In this document: positions 1-7,675 of the stretch, one piece after another
Layout of the letters: each line of letters starts with the position of its first letter
Position numbering within the stretch: the stretch's first letter is position 1
Position numbers and translations under genes: made by a program
From: a virus
Lineage: Duplodnaviria > Caudoviricetes
IMG/VR virus record: IMGVR_UViG_3300017780_003104
Location: 1 to 64,000 of that record
Direction: 5' to 3' (one strand)
Length of the DNA stretch: 64,000 nucleotides
Notes under the pieces: model-generated
Database searches by the model: none
Seen by the model: the letters and a program-made list of their open reading frames with translations, nothing else
What the model was told of the DNA's origin: nothing

Positions 1-836
1 CGCATAACAACTTCACGGTCGATTTCGGCTTGAATTTCGTAAGACATTGCATTAGTAAGCTCGCCATCGATGTCGATGCCTTGCATATTTTTAATATCTT
101 GTTCAAGTTCGATACTCCAACGTGTAGCTAATCTACGAGTCCCAGCCTCAACAGAGGTTTTTTCGAATTTCATCTCGATTTGAGGAATGCGTCCAGTGGC
201 TTCATAAGCTTCAAGAAGTTGGGCTACGCCGCGATCTTGATTTGCAAAGGCCCACTCAGCGTGTCCAGACAATGCGGCAGATGAAACACCAGTGAAACGG
301 GTATCAAGTAATTGATAACCGAGTTCTTGTGCTTGTGGATTTTTACCACCATCTGTAGCGTTACCTGTATAACCTAATCCGGGATTAGTTCCGCCAGTAT
401 CAGCAGACTTGCCAACACCATCAGTATCACTAAGGAAATCTGATTGATATTGATAACGCAAGGCAAATGCCAATCCGACAGGTCCACCCATAGGTTGAAC
501 ACCGCAAATCTCGTTAGAGATTAATTCGGGGAAAGTACGTCTGATCATAGGAATGAGGATTTTTGGAAGTCTGGAATCACCAGCAGCATAATTGTCGCCA
601 TTGACCATTGAACCGGGGCCTGAACCCGCAGCAGTAGTCGCGCCAAAAATACCAGCAGATGTACCGGATTCTTCTAAACACCATCTCTCTTGATTTTCCA
701 AAAGAATAGCAGTTGTGCGATAAACGTGTTCGTTTTGGATTTCTGCAACATCTTTCGATGAGTAGTCCAAAATGTCTTTCCATTTAGCGACAATAGCATT
801 AACATTCTTTGGGTCAATATTTTGAGGAATTTTCAT
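1..836 (-). CDS. gp23: Major capsid protein (T4 gp23-like), 3' end truncated by window edge
   Basis: Manual translation from ATG 836: MKIPQNIDP...TAILLENQE...LIPMIRRTFPELISNEICGVQPMGGPVGLAFALRY...IEMKFEKTSVEAGTRRLATRWSIELEQDIKNMQGIDIDGELTNAMSYEIQAEIDREVV; classic gp23 motifs; follows gp22. Confidence 0.97.
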   Translation of the reverse strand, partial: MKIPQNIDPKNVNAIVAKWKDILDYSSKDVAEIQNEHVYRTTAILLENQERWCLEESGTSAGIFGATTAAGSGPGSMVNGDNYAAGDSRLPKILIPMIRRTFPELISNEICGVQPMGGPVGLAFALRYQYQSDFLSDTDGVGKSADTGGTNPGLGYTGNATDGGKNPQAQELGYQLLDTRFTGVSSAALSGHAEWAFANQDRGVAQLLEAYEATGRIPQIEMKFEKTSVEAGTRRLATRWSIELEQDIKNMQGIDIDGELTNAMSYEIQAEIDREVVM

Positions 837-897
837 ATGATAGTTTTCTTTCTATATATTAATTCAGGTCTTGCGACCTCATAGTTCTTGGTGAGTT

Positions 898-1782
898 TCA
901 CTTTTCGCCTTTCCCACGGGAAAGAGCGGTAAGATATTCTTTATTAAGACTGTTATTATTTACCTTTTCTTCTATAACTTTTTCAATTTTAGGAGTTGGG
1001 ATAAAATCTGGTTTGAATTCTCTCTTATTAAGAGCGTCTTCTTTGAGTGTTAGAAGCTTTGATTTTTCTTGTTTGTCGAAAAGACGAACAGTGTAATCGA
1101 AATTTTCTTCAATAAATTTTGAGGATTTATCGGAAAGTGCTTTACGAATGAAATTCTTTTTAGTTTCAGGGAACTTAGAAGTTTTAGATTCAAGTAATGA
1201 AACTACTTCAGTTCTTTGATTTTGTTCATAAAGAGCTTTAAATTGAGTTTTCAACTCTAAGTTTTCTCTCTCAAGTTTAGCGATTGTATCTGCACCATCG
1301 ATAACAGCCTCTTGCACGGACTCTTTTATCATTGCTGAATCAACTGCTAATACTTTTTGAAGGTTTTTAAGAACAATGAAAGCTGATTTATTTTTAACTG
1401 CTTGAGAAATATCTTCATGATTTACAGATTCTTTCAAGAATTCGTCAAGATATGCACTAACTGATTCGATTAAGCTTTTCTTAAAGTTTTTAGCATCAAT
1501 CTTTGAATCCCTCTCATACATCTTAACAATTTTAACAAGTTTAGATGCATTTGATTTATCAACAGCTTCGACAACTATTTTCAATTTCTTAGCTCTATTT
1601 TTATCTAAAGTTCCAAGCAGTGTTTCTAATTTAGATGCATAAATTTCATCTTGTTCTAGGAGAGCGGACTCTACAGTTAACTTAACTTTATCATTAAATG
1701 CACCCTCAATAGCATTGAGTGTTTCGTCTGTCAGAACGTTCTGAACGTCTTCCGTGAATAGATTCTTTAAATTTTTCTTCAT
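898..1782 (-). CDS. gp22: Prohead core scaffold protein (gp22-like)
   Basis: Coiled-coil acidic protein directly before gp23, with YLDEFLKE and VLAVD motifs; ATG 1782 preferred over 1818, which overlaps the upstream gene. Confidence 0.88.
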   Translation of the reverse strand: MKKNLKNLFTEDVQNVLTDETLNAIEGAFNDKVKLTVESALLEQDEIYASKLETLLGTLDKNRAKKLKIVVEAVDKSNASKLVKIVKMYERDSKIDAKNFKKSLIESVSAYLDEFLKESVNHEDISQAVKNKSAFIVLKNLQKVLAVDSAMIKESVQEAVIDGADTIAKLERENLELKTQFKALYEQNQRTEVVSLLESKTSKFPETKKNFIRKALSDKSSKFIEENFDYTVRLFDKQEKSKLLTLKEDALNKREFKPDFIPTPKIEKVIEEKVNNNSLNKEYLTALSRGKGEK

Positions 1783-1786
1783 ATTA

Positions 1787-2350
1787 TTAGAATAACGGGG
1801 TTGTAAGTTCTTGTTCAATTTTTAATTGAAGTTTAGACTCTACCGCTTGCTTAATATATTTATCAGCAGCTGCATAGTTTTTTGTTAAAATGGCATCAAT
1901 AAAGTTTACAATATTGACATTTTCATCAAATGTTTCCTTTCTATCATAAGAACCTTTACCCTTTTTTGGAGATTCAACCTTAGTAGCAGGAGCAAATTTC
2001 TTACGATCCTTGACATTTGGACCCTTGATGGTTGCTTTGCCAGTTTTTCTCATTTGTTTTCCGATTGATTGTTCGTCTTCTTCACCTCTGATAGTATCCC
2101 TTGAAGGTTTTTTTGATTTGTTTTGTTTTTTGAAATTGCTATCGATTTGTTTATCATCCCACGCATCACCAAGATTTCTAGGTTTACGTTTTCCTCTAAC
2201 CTGAACACCTTCATCTTCAGCTTTACCAAACTCTTTTTTTTCTTGTTGTGATTTTGGACTTCTCATCCAATGGGGTGGGACTTCCTTTTTGGAATTCGAT
2301 TCCACTATCGCACCATTTTCTCTTTTTCGGTTTTCTGTCTTAGCTGGCAT
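1787..2350 (-). CDS. Prohead core protein, gp67-like C-terminus with Lys-rich N-terminus containing an ArfA-like motif
   Basis: C-term NFIDAILTKNYAAADKYIKQAVESKLQLKIEQE resembles T4 gp67 (LIEAIKSNDLVAARKLFAEAM); lies between gp21 and gp22; internal KVESPKKGKGSYDRK. Confidence 0.6.
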   Translation of the reverse strand: MPAKTENRKRENGAIVESNSKKEVPPHWMRSPKSQQEKKEFGKAEDEGVQVRGKRKPRNLGDAWDDKQIDSNFKKQNKSKKPSRDTIRGEEDEQSIGKQMRKTGKATIKGPNVKDRKKFAPATKVESPKKGKGSYDRKETFDENVNIVNFIDAILTKNYAAADKYIKQAVESKLQLKIEQELTTPLF

Positions 2351-2355
2351 GGTAT

Positions 2356-2362
2356 TATTTAT
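2356..2362 (-). promoter_or_regulatory. Late promoter ATAAATA (gp67-like gene)
   Basis: 5 nt before ATG 2350. Confidence 0.7.
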
Positions 2363-3027
2363 CCTAAAGAATTTATAAACTTGATTACTTGTTCACGTAA
2401 AAATGAATCAGCATCTTTTTTTGGAAGTTTAGATATAACTTTTTCAAAATTATCATACATCTCTTCAAATCTTCCTTCATTATCAATCACAAAAGATTTA
2501 GATTCTAATATACCATTAACGAATGCTTTTGGATATGATGGATCTGCAACAGCATCGATAGCTACTAGATACATATTTTGAACTAAATTGTGATCATTTG
2601 CTTCTTTCAATGAACCTAATGCTCTAGTTGACACGCCTACTTTAACACCATCATTGATAAGCGATCTTAAAATCTGACCACATGGGGTTGACAACACTTT
2701 CGACTTACCATGAAACCCACCATCAGCTTCATATAGTTCAGTAACTAAGTGACACGCTCTTTCTAAATTGACATCAGCACTAGAAGGGTGATTAAGTTCA
2801 CCCATCGCTCTTCCGGGTTCAACCATCTCTTGTATATATCGTTGGACATCTTTACGAGTATCATCTAATCCATATAGTCTTTTATTCTTATTGACTATAC
2901 CACAACCAATGAATGGTCCTTTAATATATAATGTCGACTGTCCTTTTAAATTAGCTTGCTCTTCAAGATATTCAAAATTGTCAAATGCTTCTGGATTTTC
3001 AGCTATCAGCTTTAATTGTAATGCCAT
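2359..3027 (-). CDS. gp21: Prohead maturation protease (gp21-like)
   Basis: LYIKGPF, NKNKRLY, AMGELNHP, GVSTRALGSL, DAVADPSYPKAFV motifs. Confidence 0.96.
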   Translation of the reverse strand: MALQLKLIAENPEAFDNFEYLEEQANLKGQSTLYIKGPFIGCGIVNKNKRLYGLDDTRKDVQRYIQEMVEPGRAMGELNHPSSADVNLERACHLVTELYEADGGFHGKSKVLSTPCGQILRSLINDGVKVGVSTRALGSLKEANDHNLVQNMYLVAIDAVADPSYPKAFVNGILESKSFVIDNEGRFEEMYDNFEKVISKLPKKDADSFLREQVIKFINSLG

Positions 3028-3032
3028 GTATA

Positions 3033-3040
3033 TATTTATA
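3033..3040 (-). promoter_or_regulatory. T4-type late promoter TATAAATA (gp21)
   Basis: Exact T4 consensus, 5 nt before ATG 3027. Confidence 0.85.
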
Positions 3041-3059
3041 CAAAAATATAATAAATCTA

Positions 3060-3515
3060 TTAGTTTAACTCTTTTTCAGTTATAATAATGAACTCCATTC
3101 CATGTTTCTTGGCGAATTCTTTGGCATATTTCCACTTATCGGTATTATTTTGAAACATCACCTTTTCATATAGTAAGTTGGTTTTACTTTTACCTTTGGT
3201 TGATTTAGGCTCTAGTGTTTGTTTGTGTGGTTTTATTTCCACCAAATATTTTTTAACAACATCACCTTCAAGTATTTCAACAAAATTATCTACATAATAT
3301 TTCCTATTACATCTTTTAACACTATCAAAATATTCAACAATAATAGATTCGGATGACCACCTTAAAATATTATCAGTCTTATCACACCAACGCATGAACT
3401 TAAGTTCTAGTCCAGATCTATATATAATTGGACCTTTTCCTATATATTTTTCAGGATTTATAACTTTATAATATCCTTGATGGAATTTTGGATTTTTATT
3501 AAGACCCAATCCCAT
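3060..3515 (-). CDS. gp4: Head completion nuclease (gp4 / TnsA-like PD-(D/E)xK)
   Basis: NPEKYIG, IIYRSGLELKFMRWCD, WSSE, YYVDNF, LVEIKP, KWKYA..F motifs. Confidence 0.92.
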   Translation of the reverse strand: MGLGLNKNPKFHQGYYKVINPEKYIGKGPIIYRSGLELKFMRWCDKTDNILRWSSESIIVEYFDSVKRCNRKYYVDNFVEILEGDVVKKYLVEIKPHKQTLEPKSTKGKSKTNLLYEKVMFQNNTDKWKYAKEFAKKHGMEFIIITEKELN

Positions 3516-3518
3516 ATA

Positions 3519-3740
3519 TTATTTATTTATAGATTTTTGTGACCACAATTCAGATTTTAATGACTCCAATCTTTCTTCCAATCGAGCAATACGAGTTTCA
3601 ACTGTGATATCCCTAGTAACCCTAGTTTCAATTTGCTTCTCCATACGGTCCTTTAATGTGAACCACATACCAAAAGATCCAGCCATTATACCTATAATGG
3701 TTGCAAACGTTGCTAGGGTTTTTGGGTTCATATCCACCAT
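3519..3740 (-). CDS. Small single-TM coiled-coil protein (possible holin/XhlA-like)
   Basis: Hydrophobic LATFATIIGIMAGSFGMWF followed by heptad RIARLEERLESLK. Confidence 0.5.
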   Translation of the reverse strand: MVDMNPKTLATFATIIGIMAGSFGMWFTLKDRMEKQIETRVTRDITVETRIARLEERLESLKSELWSQKSINK

Positions 3741-3762
3741 ATGTTACTTAAATTCTCTAAGA

Positions 3763-4128
3763 TTATCCAACATATGGATCATTAGAAATTGTTACCGTGC
3801 TATCGGGATTAACCGTGAATGCATGTGTTGGTAACTTGATATCTGGTTGAATACCAGCAGCACTGGCAGCAGTCATGATCGCAACCGTTAATGCGCCATG
3901 TGCAGCAATCAGAACACCTCCATCTGTTCCAACTGCATCTGAAATTTCTTGGGGTGTTAAATATGGATTATACCACATTGCATCGATACCTTCTTTTTGC
4001 ATGCTGCATAATTGGGAATAATGTCGTTGACTCATATTAGCAATCTGGCGAGAAATTTCACTCTGTTTTTCTGCAAGAGTTGGTTCTGGAATAGGGGGTG
4101 GTTGGGTAATGTTTTGGAATATACTCAT
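3763..4128 (-). CDS. Hypothetical late protein
   Basis: ORF 121 aa with CTAAATA box 6 nt upstream. Confidence 0.6.
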   Translation of the reverse strand: MSIFQNITQPPPIPEPTLAEKQSEISRQIANMSQRHYSQLCSMQKEGIDAMWYNPYLTPQEISDAVGTDGGVLIAAHGALTVAIMTAASAAGIQPDIKLPTHAFTVNPDSTVTISNDPYVG

Positions 4129-4146
4129 ATTTTGTATTTAGCTTAA

Positions 4147-4935
4147 TTATAACCAAAATTCATAACCTTTAATATTATTACATATATCATGTCCCAAAAT
4201 TTCTATAGCTTTTGGTTTATTCGGAACCATTTTCGATTTTATAGTGTGTAGATTCACATAATTATAAACTGAATCGTCTTCTGGGGTTTGATTGATTATA
4301 TTGTTGAAGTCGTGTATTGCTGGCGGTAATCCTAAAAATTTCCAAATAACTTCCATAGTAATCTCTGGTTCATTGGTCAGGTAATTATAATCAACTAATA
4401 AAAAACGATCACCCAATCCTCGTTGAAATGCATCTTTAAGAACCGAATAGGCGATTCCAACTTCTCCACTTAGAGACGCCCAATGGTCAACTCTTCCGCT
4501 AGTAGATATACATTCTGGCATTGGACCGGGGGCGGGAAATTTATAACTACCCTTTCTATATAGAACTTCGAATGATGCTAATATCTCCGATATTTCACGA
4601 ACAGGTGCAATAATTTTAATCTTTCTTCCTAGAACCTTTTCCACCATTTCTATACTTTGCCCCCATCCTCTACATTTATCTATTACGTATGGTTTATCTG
4701 TGTTGTGATAATTCTTTAAAATAGATCCTAAGACTCTCACTAAATTTTCATCATTCCCGGCGTTTTTATCTGCTCTGTGTTCTATCACACTATTCCATAT
4801 ATTTTTATTCTCATATAAAATCTGGTGTAGTCCAGATGTTGGGGTACAAAAAACGTTTTTGTTTTGTGCTAATAAGTTCATTAAAACTGTTGATCCCGAT
4901 CTAGGGAGTCCACTTACAAAAAATATTTCTTCCAT
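4147..4935 (-). CDS. Sulfotransferase family protein
   Basis: 5'-PSB loop FFVSGLPRSGSTVL, IDKCRGW, IIAPVREISEILASF, VDYNYLTNEP...IWKFLGL. Confidence 0.9.
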   Translation of the reverse strand: MEEIFFVSGLPRSGSTVLMNLLAQNKNVFCTPTSGLHQILYENKNIWNSVIEHRADKNAGNDENLVRVLGSILKNYHNTDKPYVIDKCRGWGQSIEMVEKVLGRKIKIIAPVREISEILASFEVLYRKGSYKFPAPGPMPECISTSGRVDHWASLSGEVGIAYSVLKDAFQRGLGDRFLLVDYNYLTNEPEITMEVIWKFLGLPPAIHDFNNIINQTPEDDSVYNYVNLHTIKSKMVPNKPKAIEILGHDICNNIKGYEFWL

Positions 4936-4937
4936 AA

Positions 4938-5807
4938 TTATAAATCTTTAATAATTTCCTCAACATTGAATATGTCACTTGGATTAGAATACATACACTC
5001 TGATATTACACCGTTAAAGGAGTAATCGTAAATATAAGAGTTGATAGTTCCCTTTGGGTGTGATGTCTTCGGTATAACGTTTTTATGTATAGAATATCCA
5101 AATATTTCTGGTTGTGTTGCAACCCATACGACAGTTGACGGTAATCTCATTGCGGCTGCTGCGTGTTGTAGAGATGAATCAATTAAGAGTCTTTTGGTCG
5201 AATGGCTTAATATTGCGGACAATACTTTTTTGTTTTGAATACTATCATACCTAATCACTCCCTGTAAATGGGGATGGTGTGGGTAGCATATGTGTAAAAT
5301 GGTATATTTGTCCTGTAATCTTTGCACTATTTCCTGTGCAAAGATTGGATGGATGTCTCTTGTCCATGAGTAGGGAATATCCTGATTCAATGGTCCTCCG
5401 AATGGTTGAAAGACTAAAATAGGTTTATCACTTTGCGGAATTAATCTCGCCGCGAGTTCCAATTCACGAAAATTGAAATGTATATCTGGAAGTTCTTTAT
5501 CGGATTCAACCCCCAACATATTACACCAATTTTCAATTAAATGTTTCTTTTTAGTGATGTGGTCAGTTGTTTTATATGGATCATGTGCAAAGATCTCAAT
5601 ATCCTTATTAAGGATATAATCCTCGTAGAAATATGGGTGGTTTCCAAATTGGAAGGTTCTTTTGATATTGATATTGTTCGTGAAAATATCGGGGTATGCA
5701 GTCACCACTACGATATCCCTATCCATATTTTGTTTCTTATAAGAACGGATTACTGATGTAGCTGCAATGTTTTTACCAACCCCTCCTTCAATGTGAAATA
5801 AAGTCAT
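4938..5807 (-). CDS. Glycosyltransferase, GT9/heptosyltransferase-like (GT-B)
   Basis: N-term HIEGGVGKNIAAT and C-term LLIDSSLQHAAAAMRLPSTVVW match the GT9 pattern (GGxGD ... iDSg..HlAaA). Confidence 0.72.
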   Translation of the reverse strand: MTLFHIEGGVGKNIAATSVIRSYKKQNMDRDIVVVTAYPDIFTNNINIKRTFQFGNHPYFYEDYILNKDIEIFAHDPYKTTDHITKKKHLIENWCNMLGVESDKELPDIHFNFRELELAARLIPQSDKPILVFQPFGGPLNQDIPYSWTRDIHPIFAQEIVQRLQDKYTILHICYPHHPHLQGVIRYDSIQNKKVLSAILSHSTKRLLIDSSLQHAAAAMRLPSTVVWVATQPEIFGYSIHKNVIPKTSHPKGTINSYIYDYSFNGVISECMYSNPSDIFNVEEIIKDL

Positions 5808-5825
5808 ATGTATAATTACTCGACA

Positions 5826-7559
5826 TCATAGAGAATTCAAGGTGATTTTCTTTAAAACTCCATTAATATTTATAACCAGAGAACCCCCACCATCAACAGT
5901 CGATAGTGGATATGTTGCAGATCCTAGTACAAATTGATTATGTGAAGTAGGACTCGCGCATGATCCTAGAGCGATAACACCCGACAGAGATTTACCAATA
6001 CCAGCATGATAACCCAAGAAAATAGAATGACAAGCACCCGCAGCACTAAGACCAGCTTTATAACCCGAGAAATTAGAATTAGAAGCATTCGTAGCACTAC
6101 GACCAGCTTGATAACCCAAGAAATTAGACCTATCAGCAGCCGTAGCACAAAAACCAGCTTGAGAACCCAAGAAATTAGAATTAGAAGCACTCAAAGCATT
6201 AAAACCAGCATTATAACCCAAGAAATTAGACCTACAAGCATTCGTAGCATTACAACCAGCTTGATAACCCAAGAAATTAGAATTAGAAGCCCTCGTAGCA
6301 TTAACACCAGCTCGAACACCCAAGAAATTAGAATTAGAAGCACTCAAAGCAACAAGACCAGCACAAAAACCCAAGAAATTAGACCTACAAGCATTCGTAG
6401 CACCACAACCAGCTTGAGAACCCAAGAAATTAGAATAAGAAGCAAACGTAGCACCACTACCAGCTCGAAAACCCAAGAAATTAGACATACCAGCACTCGA
6501 AGCAGCACTACCAGCATTATAACCCAAGAAATTAGAACAAGAAGCACTCGAAGCAGCACTACCAGCATTATAACCCAAGAAATTAGAATGAGTAGCATTC
6601 GTAGCAGTAAAACCAGCTCGATAACCCAAGAAATTAGACCTAGAAGCATTCGTAGCACAAAAACCAGCTTGAGAACCCAAGAAATTAGAATTAGAAGCAC
6701 TCGTAGCACCACGACCAGCATTATAACCCAAGAAATTAGACCTACAAGCATTCGTAGCATTACAACCAGCATTATAACCCAAGAAATTAGAACAAGAAGT
6801 ACCCGTAGTAAGATAACCAGCTTGATAACCCAAGAAATTAGACCTAGAAGCATTCGTAGCACCACTACCAGCTCGATAACCCAAGAAATTAGAATTAGAA
6901 GCACTCGTAGCACCACGACCAGCTCGATAACCCAAGAAATTAGACCTAGAAGCATTCGTAGCACCACTACCAGCTTGAGAACCCAAGAAATTAGACCTAC
7001 AAGCATTCGTAGCATTACAACCAGCTCGATAACCCAAGAAATTAGAATTAGAAGCACTCGTAGCACCACGACCAGCATTATAACCCAAGAAATTAGACCT
7101 ACAAGCATTCGTAGCATTACAACCAGCTCGATAACCCAAGAAATTAGAATTAGAAGCACTCGTAGCACCACGACCAGCTTGATAACCCAAGAAATTAGAA
7201 TTAGAAGCACTCGTAGCACCACTACCAGCTTGAACACCTATAAATAGTCCATGATTACCTGTAGCACTCAACGGTATAGTTCCTAATGTTACCACCCCAG
7301 TAGTAAATGTTTGATCAGATGTGAAATTATTATCTACATTGGTCAATGTAAAATCTCCAGATAATGCATTGAAGGTAGTATACACAGAATCCCATGCGGG
7401 ACTATTGGAACCAGTAATAGAACCGCTTGCTGAAAGGTTTCCCAGTATTGTTTGATTTCCCGTCACCTCCAACGTTCCGATAGTAATAGGAGATGCTAAC
7501 TTCGCGCTTGTGACAGAAGCATCTTTGAGTGAATTTGTTGTGATTTGTGTTCGTGACAT
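5826..7559 (-). CDS. Fibre/adhesin-like virion protein with ~24 tandem 17-aa beta-solenoid repeats
   Basis: Repeat NFLGY[QRN]AGxxAT[SN]AxxS; N-term MSRTQITTNSLKDASVTSAKLA typical of phage fibres; late promoter upstream. Confidence 0.8.
   Translation of the reverse strand: MSRTQITTNSLKDASVTSAKLASPITIGTLEVTGNQTILGNLSASGSITGSNSPAWDSVYTTFNALSGDFTLTNVDNNFTSDQTFTTGVVTLGTIPLSATGNHGLFIGVQAGSGATSASNSNFLGYQAGRGATSASNSNFLGYRAGCNATNACRSNFLGYNAGRGATSASNSNFLGYRAGCNATNACRSNFLGSQAGSGATNASRSNFLGYRAGRGATSASNSNFLGYRAGSGATNASRSNFLGYQAGYLTTGTSCSNFLGYNAGCNATNACRSNFLGYNAGRGATSASNSNFLGSQAGFCATNASRSNFLGYRAGFTATNATHSNFLGYNAGSAASSASCSNFLGYNAGSAASSAGMSNFLGFRAGSGATFASYSNFLGSQAGCGATNACRSNFLGFCAGLVALSASNSNFLGVRAGVNATRASNSNFLGYQAGCNATNACRSNFLGYNAGFNALSASNSNFLGSQAGFCATAADRSNFLGYQAGRSATNASNSNFSGYKAGLSAAGACHSIFLGYHAGIGKSLSGVIALGSCASPTSHNQFVLGSATYPLSTVDGGGSLVININGVLKKITLNSL
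6001..7240. repeat. Intragenic tandem array of ~24 x 51-bp units with near-invariant core AACCCAAGAAATTAGA
   Basis: Core recurs every 51 nt; explains the open shadow frames 6006-7247(+) and 6344-7237(-). Confidence 0.95.
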
Positions 7560-7591
7560 ATATTAGTATATTTAACAACCAGCCGTCCAAC

Positions 7592-7657
7592 TTATATGAT
7601 AGTGGTAGTGTTATTACGAGTTGATATTTGGTTATTTGGATAGGGTTGATATGACAT
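7592..7657 (-). CDS. 21-aa mini-ORF MSYQPYPNNQISTRNNTTTII (possible gene stub)
   Basis: ATG 7657 to TAA 7592; own CTAAATA box at 7666-7672. Confidence 0.35.
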   Translation of the reverse strand: MSYQPYPNNQISTRNNTTTII

Positions 7658-7675
7658 GTCTATTATATTTAGGTA

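Noticed and set aside
577-783. 68-aa minus-strand ORF and the many 60-150 aa antisense ORFs in the track
   Set aside because: They overlap well-supported genes (here gp23) in other frames or strands and have no motifs or promoters
6001-7240. CRISPR-like array (constant 16-bp core with variable 35-bp intervals)
   Set aside because: The intervals are recurring near-copies, the period is a multiple of 3, the array is an in-frame protein repeat and no cas genes are present
6006-7247. 413-aa plus-strand ORF and 297-aa alternative minus-frame ORF (6344-7237)
   Set aside because: Shadow frames kept open by the 51-bp repeat; the true ORF 5826-7559 has unique termini and a promoter
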